From a virus, in IMG/VR virus record IMGVR_UViG_3300025030_000071, positions 1 to 64,000 of that record: a DNA stretch of 64,000 nt, one strand, 5' to 3'. Positions 8,439-18,377 of this stretch are shown here, piece after piece. Position 1 is the stretch's first letter. The number at the start of each line of letters is the position of its first letter. The translations under genes and the position numbers were made by a program. The notes below the pieces were generated by a model. It did not search any database, was not told the origin of the DNA, and saw nothing but the letters and a program-made list of their open reading frames with translations.

Positions 8439-8928
8439 ATTCCTATGTACTAGATTAAGTTTTTGGCTAGTGTTTCTATATGTTAAGCTCTTACAAAAAG
8501 CTCGAAAATTAGTTCACTGGCGCCCAAATAACGATATTCATATACCTTCTTATTCTAGCTTAAGAGATTACACCCCAAATACTTTAAAACCCTCAGTAGA
8601 TAAAAACACTCTGAGAGGTGCTAGCTTCATTACCGATCTTTTTGCTGCTACTTTTAATGTATTTAATCCTAACATCTTGCATTTACGTTGGTTAGACAAA
8701 TACAACAACGTTCAAAAGGCATCAGTAGCTATTTATACTTATCTGAATGGAACTGGCCCTAAATTCGGCTGTTTCATGCATGGTATGCATTTTCGTAGCC
8801 AAGCTACAATGTCAAAGTTATTAGGTATTGTTATGCGTTCATATGACGGCTATAAGCTTTTATCTTATGGTTTAAGCAATTCAGATGGAAAATTACTAGA
8901 TGTTGTCATTTGCGGAAAGGATAGCTAA
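8398..8928 (+). CDS. Hypothetical protein (start possibly the downstream MLKAIK ATG)
   Basis: ORF overlaps both neighbours on the coding strand. Confidence 0.5.
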   Translation: MKKVTNMLKAIKTKFLCTRLSFWLVFLYVKLLQKARKLVHWRPNNDIHIPSYSSLRDYTPNTLKPSVDKNTLRGASFITDLFAATFNVFNPNILHLRWLDKYNNVQKASVAIYTYLNGTGPKFGCFMHGMHFRSQATMSKLLGIVMRSYDGYKLLSYGLSNSDGKLLDVVICGKDS

Positions 8929-9292
8929 GGTAAACACCAAAGCTTCTATCAAGTTCCAAAAGAGGAAGAAGAAAACAACCCCTCCGCCCAAAACAACCAA
9001 AAAATCAACCTCTTATGAAGAAGCCAAGAATCTATACAATACTCCAGAATATAAAAACTGGAGAATGTTTATATTAAAGAGAGACAGCTTCTCTTGTCAG
9101 TTATGCGGTCAAGAAGGCGGAGCTTTAGAAGCTCATCATATTCTAAGAAAATTTGACAGACCAGACCTAACTTTAGATACTAAGAATGGCATTACGCTAT
9201 GTAAGTATTGTCATCGGGTGATTGTTACAGGAAAAGAAAAATTCTTTGTATACATATTTACTCGACTACTAGAACTCAGGGAGATGAAATAA
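8900..9292 (+). CDS. HNH endonuclease (possibly terminase-associated)
   Basis: WRMFILKRDSFSCQLCG...LEAHHI...NGITLCKYCH: two CxxC pairs plus the HNH pattern. Confidence 0.88.
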   Translation: MLSFAERIAKVNTKASIKFQKRKKKTTPPPKTTKKSTSYEEAKNLYNTPEYKNWRMFILKRDSFSCQLCGQEGGALEAHHILRKFDRPDLTLDTKNGITLCKYCHRVIVTGKEKFFVYIFTRLLELREMK

Positions 9293-9293
9293 G

Positions 9294-10151
9294 ATGCCAT
9301 ATACATCAGTTCAAAGCAACCAAGGATACAACGTGGAACCTGGAGTAGATTGGGCTAAGATGGGCCTTTATGCTGCTGGGGCAGTTGTTGGTTATGGGGC
9401 TCTAAGAGGCGCTGGTAAAGCCTTAGGTAGAGGCTGGGCTTCTGGGGCTGGTCAAGCCAGACGAGTTGGGGGGAGGGTTGCCGGAGCAGGAAGATATTTG
9501 GGGAGAAAGGCATCTGAAGGTAGGGCTAATTTTATGGCTGGGTTTAGGGGACCTTCTGCGCAAAGTGCCATACGAGGCACCCTTGAAATTGCTGGCCCTG
9601 GAAATAGAGCTGGCATTGGGGCAGGCGCTCGTAGGGCGCGGATTCAGGAATTACGTCCGAGAGTTGAAGCAAGGGCGGCAAGAGCGGCAAGAGCGGGCGA
9701 GGCTGTAAGAACAAATAGGAATAGAATATCTAATTTACGTTCAATGAGAGACATAAAAAATGCTATGGCAGAAACCAATTTCTTTGCAGGGCCAGAGATG
9801 GCACAGCCACGAACAGTAAATAGAGCGGATCCATTAATAGGCAGACTTTCATCTGGTGGGGCTAGGTCAAGACTGGAAAGAGGAGATAGAGTAAGGGGGA
9901 TAGTCCAAAGACTTCAGGGGGCTGCTAAATCAATTGATAGGAATGACCCACTAATAGGTAGATTATCGCTTGGTGGTTCTGCAAGGATGCCCGCTATGGA
10001 CTCTGCTCATGATATAAGTGAATTGGTAGATCTTAATCGTCGCACTATCTCTTCTAGGATACGAAATCTGCCATCTAGACAACAAATTTTAAATCGACAA
10101 GCAAGAAGAAGTCCTAGCAATATGGCTTCAGTTAACAGAAATTGGTTTTAA
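9294..10151 (+). CDS. Arg/Gly-rich basic protein with N-terminal hydrophobic helix and an internal repeat
   Basis: MGLYAAGAVVGYGAL near the N-terminus. RxDPLIGRLSxGG occurs twice (~9819-9860 and ~9936-9977). Confidence 0.6.
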   Translation: MPYTSVQSNQGYNVEPGVDWAKMGLYAAGAVVGYGALRGAGKALGRGWASGAGQARRVGGRVAGAGRYLGRKASEGRANFMAGFRGPSAQSAIRGTLEIAGPGNRAGIGAGARRARIQELRPRVEARAARAARAGEAVRTNRNRISNLRSMRDIKNAMAETNFFAGPEMAQPRTVNRADPLIGRLSSGGARSRLERGDRVRGIVQRLQGAAKSIDRNDPLIGRLSLGGSARMPAMDSAHDISELVDLNRRTISSRIRNLPSRQQILNRQARRSPSNMASVNRNWF

Positions 10152-10157
10152 ATTTTA

Positions 10158-12539
10158 ATGCTAATTCCCTATGATCAACTTCATCCTGGATGCAAGTTGT
10201 GCTTAAAACAAAATGTAGCTAAGCATGACATTATTGATCCAGAAACAAAGAGAGTCCTTTATAAGAAAGGCTCTTTTCCTATCAAATGCGATGGCATACC
10301 CGCCGATCCAGAATCTAATCTAGTTCAGATTACAGACCCAAGTATTGTAAGAGCGATGGGTGGAGAAGGTGCCATCAGAGAAATGGCCCGCATTCAAGAC
10401 CCAATCTTATGGGCTCAAGACAACATCACTATTGTCAATCAAGAAACAGGAGACAGAGGCCCCTGGCTCCCTCAAGGCGCCACAAGAGACAACATAGAAA
10501 GATATCACCTAGATTCTACTTCAGCTTACTACCAAGAGTTAATGGTTAGGTGTACAGCTAGAAGAAGTGTTTATCGTATTGGCAGGCGTTGTATCCCACT
10601 TACTGAACCAATTGTAATGTCAGATGGTTCGATTAAGGCTATTGGCGATATTGAAGTTGGTGATTTAGTTCTTTCTTACAACTTTATAACTAAGAAAATA
10701 GAAATAAAACAAGTACTTGAAGTATTTGAGAATGGTAAACAAAAAATCTTCCAAGTAAATGTTGAAGGCAGGAGAAGAGTAACTTGTACTTCTAACCACC
10801 CAATTTACACTGTTGAACGTGGATGGCTAACAATCGATGATGGTTTAGAAGTTGGCTTTCATGTTCTAACCCTTACTGGGAACAAGAAAGATGTCGAACA
10901 AACCCTAATCACCTCAATAAAAGAAGATGGTGAAGAAGACACTCGTGATATCTCAATTGAAGATAACTACAACTTCTTTGTAGACAAGATTTTAGTCCAT
11001 AACAGTGGCAAGTCACATAGCTTAGCAACAAAAGCTCTTCATAAAATGTGTACTAATGAAAGTTATAAAGTAATTGTTATTGCCCCAGGCCTTTCCCATA
11101 TTGACAATATTTTTGACATCATCAATGAGTACGTTGAAGGCTCTCCCAGTCTTAAAAGTTCAAAGAGACGTTTTGTTAGGACTCCTTACAGGGCTCTTGA
11201 ACTGCAAAATGGTTCAAGGATAAGAGGCTTTGTTTCTGGCGGAGAGACAGTTCGGGGTCAAGGCTCCGACATGATTATCATTGACGAAGCTGCTTACGTA
11301 GGCAGAACCGATCTTGAAGCCATCTTGTTCATCTTAACCGAACATAAAAATACCATTCTTCTTGCATCTTCGACTCCCACAGGCGCCCGCGAACAGTTCT
11401 ACAAATGGGACATGGACGAAACATTCAAGTCCTTCCATTATCCATCCATGTGCCGTCCAATCTGGGACGTTGACATGGAAACAGAAATGAGAAAGGAAAA
11501 CCCTGGTATTAAATACCGCCATGAAGCCCTAGCTGAACATGGTGAAATGGGTCAAGGTGTTTTCCAACACGAATTTATTGATAGAGCTCTAAACGCAGGG
11601 GATTACGAATACAAAAATAGTAGGTATGACCCTTCATGGATATACACGATAGGCGTTGATTGGAACCCAGTTCATGGAACTGAGATTGTTGTTGTTGGCG
11701 CCGATTCCCAACTAAACCCTCCTAAATACACTGTTGTTGACATGGGGCAAGTCTTCCGAGAAGGCCACACCCAAATGCAGGCCATGAGAGAGATCATTGA
11801 CCTTACCAGGAAGTGGAAGCCTGCTGCTATTTATGTGGATAGAGGAGCTGGAAGCGTCCAGGTAGAATTTTTAGAAGAAATAGGTTCGATGAAAGGGCAA
11901 GACGAAGAGCTGAAAAGTCTTGCTAGCATCATAACCCCAATCGACTTTGGTAGCAAGATCACCATCTCTCACCCGCTTACCGGTGAACAGCGAATAGACT
12001 TTGCTAAACCTTTAGTAGTTGAAAATGCAGTTCGAATGTTGGAAGGCGATTTGATCCAACTTTCAAGATATGACTCGATACTTGAACAACAACTTCGTGG
12101 TTTTATCATTGCGAAAATAGGTTCTGGCGGAAGGCCCGTCTATACAACCATCAGTGAGGATGTTGAGGACCATAGGCTAGATGCTTTCATGCTGGCCTTA
12201 TTTGCATTCATGAAGGAATTTTCAAGACTTGGAAAGCCAGTTTTCAATTCAGATGTTCAGATAGTTGAAACCTTACGGAGTCTAGCAACTGACCTCAACA
12301 TTTCCGAAATGCCAAGTCCTTACCAAAAGCATCGGCCTACAAGCCGTACAATAGATAAGCAAAAAGGTCTTGACAAGATGGTAGAATCAGATCGAGAATT
12401 TGGCTTGCTTGCTCCCAGCGAGATTAAGACTGGACAATACAGCCCTTCTTACCGTCCATTCAGCGACCAAAGACAAAAAAATACATCACTTTCGCCAGGC
12501 TCAAACAGAAGCGCGATTAGACGTTCTAACATCAGGTAG
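10158..12539 (+). CDS. terL: Terminase large subunit, intein-containing
   Basis: Walker A GRR|SGKS is restored on intein removal. RGQGSDMIIIDEAA (Walker B), SSTPTG coupling motif, nuclease motifs IGVDW, YVDRG and DHRLDAFML. Confidence 0.93.
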   Translation: MLIPYDQLHPGCKLCLKQNVAKHDIIDPETKRVLYKKGSFPIKCDGIPADPESNLVQITDPSIVRAMGGEGAIREMARIQDPILWAQDNITIVNQETGDRGPWLPQGATRDNIERYHLDSTSAYYQELMVRCTARRSVYRIGRRCIPLTEPIVMSDGSIKAIGDIEVGDLVLSYNFITKKIEIKQVLEVFENGKQKIFQVNVEGRRRVTCTSNHPIYTVERGWLTIDDGLEVGFHVLTLTGNKKDVEQTLITSIKEDGEEDTRDISIEDNYNFFVDKILVHNSGKSHSLATKALHKMCTNESYKVIVIAPGLSHIDNIFDIINEYVEGSPSLKSSKRRFVRTPYRALELQNGSRIRGFVSGGETVRGQGSDMIIIDEAAYVGRTDLEAILFILTEHKNTILLASSTPTGAREQFYKWDMDETFKSFHYPSMCRPIWDVDMETEMRKENPGIKYRHEALAEHGEMGQGVFQHEFIDRALNAGDYEYKNSRYDPSWIYTIGVDWNPVHGTEIVVVGADSQLNPPKYTVVDMGQVFREGHTQMQAMREIIDLTRKWKPAAIYVDRGAGSVQVEFLEEIGSMKGQDEELKSLASIITPIDFGSKITISHPLTGEQRIDFAKPLVVENAVRMLEGDLIQLSRYDSILEQQLRGFIIAKIGSGGRPVYTTISEDVEDHRLDAFMLALFAFMKEFSRLGKPVFNSDVQIVETLRSLATDLNISEMPSPYQKHRPTSRTIDKQKGLDKMVESDREFGLLAPSEIKTGQYSPSYRPFSDQRQKNTSLSPGSNRSAIRRSNIR
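10590..11003 (+). mobile_element. Mini-intein (138 aa, no homing endonuclease) in terminase Walker A
   Basis: Begins CIPLTEPIVMSDG, block B CTSNHPIY, ends YNFFVDKILVHN with Ser at +1. Confidence 0.93.
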
Positions 12540-12544
12540 GTAAT

Positions 12545-13024
12545 ATGGCATTAAAAATCTTTAAACTTAATGGATCAGATATGACCTTTGAAGAAATTTC
12601 ACAAGGAGATTTTGTTTTACCAGTTTCATTGAGGACTTCTCCCGGCGGGACTGCTGCGACAACTAAACTCTATTTAAAGAATTCTATAGAAGATGATGAT
12701 AAATACTACACTGATATTGTGCTTAAGCCTATTGCTACTAACGGTTCTGATGTTGTTGATGGAACCATTTCTATAAAGCTTATTTCAGGCGACGCACAGC
12801 CTTCTGAAACAAGATGGGATGCAGCCCCTATCAACTCGGCAGCTTCTATCGAATCTCCAGTCGTGGGCCAAATCGATACTAAGTTCCCTGAAATTGGTTC
12901 TGCTGCTGGTTCAGACCTAAACTACTATCCATTCTGGCTTAGAGTATCGGCGACCAAGGGAACCCCAATTGGCTCTCTACAGTTCTATCTAAAGTTGGAT
13001 TATACGGAGAATTTAGTTGCCTAG
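12545..13024 (+). CDS. Probable beta-rich virion structural protein
   Basis: Acidic, beta-strand pattern. C-terminus resembles that of 30755-31285. Confidence 0.5.
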   Translation: MALKIFKLNGSDMTFEEISQGDFVLPVSLRTSPGGTAATTKLYLKNSIEDDDKYYTDIVLKPIATNGSDVVDGTISIKLISGDAQPSETRWDAAPINSAASIESPVVGQIDTKFPEIGSAAGSDLNYYPFWLRVSATKGTPIGSLQFYLKLDYTENLVA

Positions 13025-13457
13025 TACAACCTTTGGAGTAGAAGTAGATATTCGTAGCCGCTCTCGGGTCAAAGGTTTTGATAATCACGAGAAAGAAGTC
13101 TTATTTGAAAAGCCCACTTCTGCCAACACAAAAGAAAAGAAAGCAGGCTTCGTAGCAACTACTAGTTTTAAAGAGCAAATTGAGAACATATTTGAACCAT
13201 TAGAACTTGGTGAAATAGCTGAAGGCTATGGCGAAGTTATTGATGCCGCCAGAAAACACTTAGATACCATCAAGGGCCGTTCAAAGAATTTAATTCTAGT
13301 TTATGACCCCAATGTAGAAAGAGAGTTAGCTGAAGCTACTAACCGGGTATTTCAAGGCGCCAACACACAGATTACTTACGATATGTACTTAAAAGCCCTA
13401 GAACTAGATAAAGATGTTTCTATTGAATTAGCGGAGTCAGCCAGTGGCATTGTCTAG
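13017..13457 (+). CDS. Hypothetical protein
   Basis: ORF overlapping both neighbours. Confidence 0.5.
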   Translation: MPSTTFGVEVDIRSRSRVKGFDNHEKEVLFEKPTSANTKEKKAGFVATTSFKEQIENIFEPLELGEIAEGYGEVIDAARKHLDTIKGRSKNLILVYDPNVERELAEATNRVFQGANTQITYDMYLKALELDKDVSIELAESASGIV

Positions 13458-13872
13458 TAATGTAAGTGAACTTTTAAATAGAAGTCCTGCTTCTGTTGCT
13501 GAAGAGCAGCTTTTCCAGCTATATAATCGCATCTATCCTTTGATGATGATTGACTTCATACATAAAGCAGATATCATAGCTGCATTCCAACAGGTTGCAG
13601 CTACCTTGCAGGCTATTTTATCTGCCATTACTGGTCATACCCATTTGCTGATTGCGGTTACCCCTGCTTCTCCAACTTCTCCTGGGATCGTTCCTGCACC
13701 CCCCATTATCCCCCCAACTATCGTCCCAAGTGGAGCGGTAGGTATGAGTCTGGTGATCCCTGGCGGTACACCCCAACCAACGGGTGAAGGGGTTGCCCTT
13801 TTGCCCTCCAGACAACCAATTGACGGAAAACCAATAGCCATCCCACCATTAAATCCAGTTGACATACTATGA
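13444..13872 (+). CDS. Hypothetical protein with HxH motif and Pro-rich tail
   Basis: AITGHTH...PTSP. Stop overlaps the next start (ATGA). Confidence 0.5.
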   Translation: MALSSNVSELLNRSPASVAEEQLFQLYNRIYPLMMIDFIHKADIIAAFQQVAATLQAILSAITGHTHLLIAVTPASPTSPGIVPAPPIIPPTIVPSGAVGMSLVIPGGTPQPTGEGVALLPSRQPIDGKPIAIPPLNPVDIL

Positions 13873-15278
13873 ATGAGGTCGTTGCCCTATCCCTAAAGAG
13901 AGACCTTCAGGCAGTCATAGAAGCTTATGAAGGGTTCCTTTATGGCGAGATTGAAACTGGCTCCAAGGCTCCTGTGGCCGCCTCGGAGGCTCTTGTAAGC
14001 CGAGACCTAATGAGAACCATTAGCGTAAGTGAAACTTCCCGCAAAAGAGCCCTCAGGGCTTCTGGCGCCCAGTCTCGGGTTATGTCTCCCAAAGATCAGG
14101 GCTCGATTGGCAGTAGAGAGAATTCGTTAACTGAAGAAGCAGGCAGAATAGGTTCGGTTCTTTCACCAGCAGTCTCCGACCCAAAAGACAACAATACTGA
14201 TAGGATCTTTAAAGATCTAGAAGATTGTATCCCTTGTAAGGGGATTTGGGATTGGCCTGATATTGACTGGGAAAGGCTCAAAAAACTACTCACTTTTGAC
14301 CTGATGGCTAGATTCCAATGGTTAACTAACATAGATGATTTCTTCAAAGGAAATCCTATGCTTGACCAGCTATGCAACCTATTAAGATCATTCAGGAATC
14401 TCTGTCCTCAAGACCTCATGGTCCTTATCGCCATAATCACCGCTTTTATTACCAAGACTATAGATTCCATTAAGTTCAATCTAGGATCTGCCTTTAAAGA
14501 CATCTTAGGTTCTTTATTAAGGCCCTACATCAGTGGTTTAGAGGACTTCTTAAACTTCTATATTCAGTATTTAGTTGATCAAGTAGAATGCGTCCTTAAT
14601 GCAATTCAGACTTCTGCTGAATCAATTCGAGATTTAAACATCTCAAACTCGTTAGGACCAGACTCTATCCACTTCAGAAAGGAACTAACCGGCGAAAAGA
14701 CAGACAACTTCATGCAAAATACTGTAGACCTTACCAAAGGAACTAGAGAATTCTTGCGTCAAGGCACTAAAGATATGGTCCATGACCTCACTGACGATAT
14801 CCCAACATATCTAAAAGCAATGGTTCAGGATGTTCTTGATTGGACTCAGTTACAGGTTTCTCTACTAGAAGATGCAGTAATAGACATTCTTGGCGGCGAG
14901 TGGCTCTTTACTAATCAAAACATCAGCTGGTATGACCAATTAAGGAATGCAGCTACCCTTCGCAACATAATACAGGTCATTGTTAGTCTTGGGAATCTAG
15001 ATGAACTTTGTTCTGAAGACAATATCAGAAAAGTTGTTAATGATATTAATACTACCGTAGAAGGTGATAGAGTAAGTATTTTAGAAGATGGAAGAGCCAA
15101 TAGGGTTCCAATTTCTTCAGGTGGCCAAGTAGCACCGCGCCAAACAAACACTTCCTCTTTGTCCAGTTCTAACCAAACAAATGTAAGAACTACTCCCTTC
15201 TCACTTAACGATTGTTTAAGTAAAGTAAATCCTTCAGAAGAAGACCTTATTAGACGTTATGTAGAGGAGTTAAGCTAA
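13869..15278 (+). CDS. Hypothetical helical protein
   Basis: 469-aa ORF with a CIPC motif. Directly abuts the portal gene. Confidence 0.65.
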   Translation: MNEVVALSLKRDLQAVIEAYEGFLYGEIETGSKAPVAASEALVSRDLMRTISVSETSRKRALRASGAQSRVMSPKDQGSIGSRENSLTEEAGRIGSVLSPAVSDPKDNNTDRIFKDLEDCIPCKGIWDWPDIDWERLKKLLTFDLMARFQWLTNIDDFFKGNPMLDQLCNLLRSFRNLCPQDLMVLIAIITAFITKTIDSIKFNLGSAFKDILGSLLRPYISGLEDFLNFYIQYLVDQVECVLNAIQTSAESIRDLNISNSLGPDSIHFRKELTGEKTDNFMQNTVDLTKGTREFLRQGTKDMVHDLTDDIPTYLKAMVQDVLDWTQLQVSLLEDAVIDILGGEWLFTNQNISWYDQLRNAATLRNIIQVIVSLGNLDELCSEDNIRKVVNDINTTVEGDRVSILEDGRANRVPISSGGQVAPRQTNTSSLSSSNQTNVRTTPFSLNDCLSKVNPSEEDLIRRYVEELS

Positions 15279-18200
15279 ATGTCTGAATCAACAATCATTG
15301 ATTTCACAACCAGTAAAAGAACTCCTGGTGACTGGATTGCTAGTCTTGCCGATGTAGCTAAACCTTCAGATAATCCTGCTAGCCATATTTCTCTCGTTAG
15401 ACTTAGCTCTCCAGCAGTAAAAAGACCAACCCTAACTTATTTCGAACCTAACGTTTCTTCTAGACGATCAGATACTGCCGACTTCCACGAACCAGAATAT
15501 AATATGATTGATCCTGGCACTATAGAGGATATTGAATCCTACATATATCAGGGTAATCTAAAGAAATTAGCTTTAGCAGTCAAAGAAGGCTGGGCCTTAG
15601 TCGGCAAAAACAAACAAACAACTGAATATATCAAGAAACGTTTCTCCCAACTAGAGATAGCACAAGGCCAGACTATGTTTGGCCTTTTCTCAGAAATCAT
15701 ATCTACTCTTTTAAGATGGCACAACTGTTATATCCTAAAAGTTAGAGACCCAGAAGCTTCTGGTGGCAAAGTTAGAAGTGTTAATGGAAAGATTATTAAA
15801 CCAGTTGCCGGTTATTTCGTCGCTAGCCCAAACACCATTAAAACAAGAATAGGTAAAGATTACAAAGTCTCAGCTTATAAGCATGTAATGCCTGATGGAA
15901 GATTCAAAATTTTCCCAGCTGATGACGTAATTCACTTACATATCTTCAAGAAACCCCACTTCATAACAGCAGCTCCACCTATCACCCCAATGGCAGATGA
16001 CGTTGCTGCTTTACGTCGTATCGAAGAACATGTTGAGAACTTAGTCTACCAACACATATATCCTCTCTACCAATACAAGATTGGAACTAAAGATTATCCA
16101 GACGTTCGCAGAACAGAGAATGGCTTAACTGAAATTGAATCAGTTGAGAACAAATTAAGAAATGCCCCTACTGACTCAATGCTTGTTACCTCATTCAGAC
16201 ATGAGATTACAGGTATTGGTGCAGAAAGTAGAGCCTTAAGAGCAGAACCATTTTTAGAATACTTCAAGAAAAGAGTAATCACTGGAACTTCTTTATCTGA
16301 GATAGACTTCGGCGATGGGAACACTGCGAACAGGGCCTGCTATTCAGAGGACACTCAAACATTAACAGAAAATGGTTGGAAATATTATTGGGAGATAGAG
16401 GAGGAAGAAAAAATAGCAACTTTTAATCCTAAGACTAATGGTTTAGAGTATCATAAACCGGAAGGTGGCATTTATCTATATGATTATGAAGGGCCAATGC
16501 ACCATTTTAAGAACAAAAACGTAGACGTATTGGTAACTCCTGAACATGACATGTGGGCATTAATGAATCAATTTCAAAATCCGAGATGGGAAAAGATACA
16601 AGCAAAATCGCTTACTGGACATAGATTCAGTTTTAGGACTGGTGGAATTAATTGGGAGGGGATAGAACCAGAAAACTTTCTGCTACCATTTGTCCCATGT
16701 AAAAGCAATATAAAATTTGAAAATAGTATAAGATTTGATAGGATTAACATTTATGACTGGCTAGAGTTCTTAGGATATTACGTAAGTGAAGGTCATCTAG
16801 TTAAAGGCGCTTGGAGAGTCGAACTTAGCCAGTCTGAAACTATTAATCCAGCAAAAACTGAAAAAATAAGAGCATGTTTAAGACGTTTGCCTTTCAAATT
16901 CTGTGAAAATCATGACTCAGATGGAATGGTAAGATTTAGAATAAATTGTAAGTCACTATACTTATATTTAGAAGAAGTTTGTGGAGATTATTCATATCTC
17001 AAACATTTCCCAAGTGAGATTCTTAGTTACTCTAAAGAATATTTAAGAGTGGCATTTGAAGCAGCAATGCTGGGAGATGGGACAACGGATATTAGAGAAG
17101 GTAGGACAAACCGAGCATATAGTTCTACATCAGAGATGCTTTTAGACCAAATGCAAGAAATTGCTATAAAATTAGGGTATAAGGCTCATATTATAAGATC
17201 CGGGGTACCAAGGGTAAGTATTTCAGAATCTGAAACTTCTATGGTAAAACAAGATCAAGTAGAAATTACTAATTATAGTGGGAAAGTTTACTGTTACCGT
17301 GTTCCCAATCACCTCTTCATCACCAGAAGGAATGGACGAATAGGCATACATGGCAACACAGCCACAGTTTTATCAAATCTAGCTATTGGTATAGTTAAAT
17401 TTTACCAGCTATGTTTGTCTAATGATTTAAATTTCCATATCATCAGAGAACTTTTATTAGAAAGTACATTTACTTTTGATGTTCTCTCAGAAGAAAATAT
17501 GGTTGAGCTTCAGTTCAAGGAAATTGATCTTGAAGCTCAGGTCAAAAAACAAAACCACTTTGCTCTACTTTACCAAAACAATTTGATAAGTCATACCGAA
17601 GCAAGAATGCTTGCTGGGTTTGATGTTTTAGCTCCTGACCAAGAATCCGACATGTTCCAAGAACGAGTCAAGATCCCAGAAATTGAACAAGCAGCTAAAG
17701 CGCAGGCTCAAAACCGCCAGCAACCAACTAACCAATTCGGTACTGCTTCAGGCCCTTCAGCAAGCAAGTCTTCTTTAGAACCAAGTTTTACATTTAGAGA
17801 TGATCTGGGGAATGACCTTTATAGCGATTTGACCGATGACCTACACAATTTGAACAAGAAGCAAGTAGATCTAAACTTTGTTCGACAACTCTTTCTTTCA
17901 ACCAAAGACCAAATACTCATCAAATTAGCTCCTAAACTAGAACAAGAAGTCTTTCATGGCGCCAGAGGACTAAGAATAGATAACAATTTATTGATTCGTC
18001 TCTCAGCAATTAACAGAGCCATGTTTAGGGATCTTGAACAAGATGTAGAACGGCTAATCAGAGAAACTTTAGTCAAGACAAGTGCCGAACTAGCGATTGG
18101 CAAGAGAGATAACCTTTCAATTGATACTTTGCAGTTTAGAATGCGGTTCATAGAACGTTCTAGAAAACACCAAGCATATATACTTGGAAAAATGGCTGCC

Positions 18201-18377
18201 CTTGACGCAAATGGTATAAATGAAGTGAGTATAGCCTGTGAACCAGATGGAGAACACTATAATATCTGGCATAACACGGTTATTGGAGTTAAGAATCCTG
18301 ATTTAGATCTACTACCTTTTAGTAGAGCAAATTGCCGTTGTGATATAGTGCCAATCCGGAGAGACGCCAATGTCTGA
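15279..18377 (+). CDS. Portal protein with intein and C-terminal MuF-like domain
   Basis: Lies between terL and protease/capsid. Portal-like segments LRWHNCYILKVRD, FPADDVIHL, LISHTEARMLAG. C-terminal ANCRC. Confidence 0.8.
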   Translation: MSESTIIDFTTSKRTPGDWIASLADVAKPSDNPASHISLVRLSSPAVKRPTLTYFEPNVSSRRSDTADFHEPEYNMIDPGTIEDIESYIYQGNLKKLALAVKEGWALVGKNKQTTEYIKKRFSQLEIAQGQTMFGLFSEIISTLLRWHNCYILKVRDPEASGGKVRSVNGKIIKPVAGYFVASPNTIKTRIGKDYKVSAYKHVMPDGRFKIFPADDVIHLHIFKKPHFITAAPPITPMADDVAALRRIEEHVENLVYQHIYPLYQYKIGTKDYPDVRRTENGLTEIESVENKLRNAPTDSMLVTSFRHEITGIGAESRALRAEPFLEYFKKRVITGTSLSEIDFGDGNTANRACYSEDTQTLTENGWKYYWEIEEEEKIATFNPKTNGLEYHKPEGGIYLYDYEGPMHHFKNKNVDVLVTPEHDMWALMNQFQNPRWEKIQAKSLTGHRFSFRTGGINWEGIEPENFLLPFVPCKSNIKFENSIRFDRINIYDWLEFLGYYVSEGHLVKGAWRVELSQSETINPAKTEKIRACLRRLPFKFCENHDSDGMVRFRINCKSLYLYLEEVCGDYSYLKHFPSEILSYSKEYLRVAFEAAMLGDGTTDIREGRTNRAYSSTSEMLLDQMQEIAIKLGYKAHIIRSGVPRVSISESETSMVKQDQVEITNYSGKVYCYRVPNHLFITRRNGRIGIHGNTATVLSNLAIGIVKFYQLCLSNDLNFHIIRELLLESTFTFDVLSEENMVELQFKEIDLEAQVKKQNHFALLYQNNLISHTEARMLAGFDVLAPDQESDMFQERVKIPEIEQAAKAQAQNRQQPTNQFGTASGPSASKSSLEPSFTFRDDLGNDLYSDLTDDLHNLNKKQVDLNFVRQLFLSTKDQILIKLAPKLEQEVFHGARGLRIDNNLLIRLSAINRAMFRDLEQDVERLIRETLVKTSAELAIGKRDNLSIDTLQFRMRFIERSRKHQAYILGKMAALDANGINEVSIACEPDGEHYNIWHNTVIGVKNPDLDLLPFSRANCRCDIVPIRRDANV
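16338..17357 (+). mobile_element. Intein (340 aa) with LAGLIDADG homing endonuclease
   Basis: Begins CYSEDTQTLTENGWK, block B VTPEHDM, endonuclease blocks LEFLGYYVSEG and EAAMLGDG. Ends RRNGRIGIHGN with Thr at +1. Confidence 0.92.
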
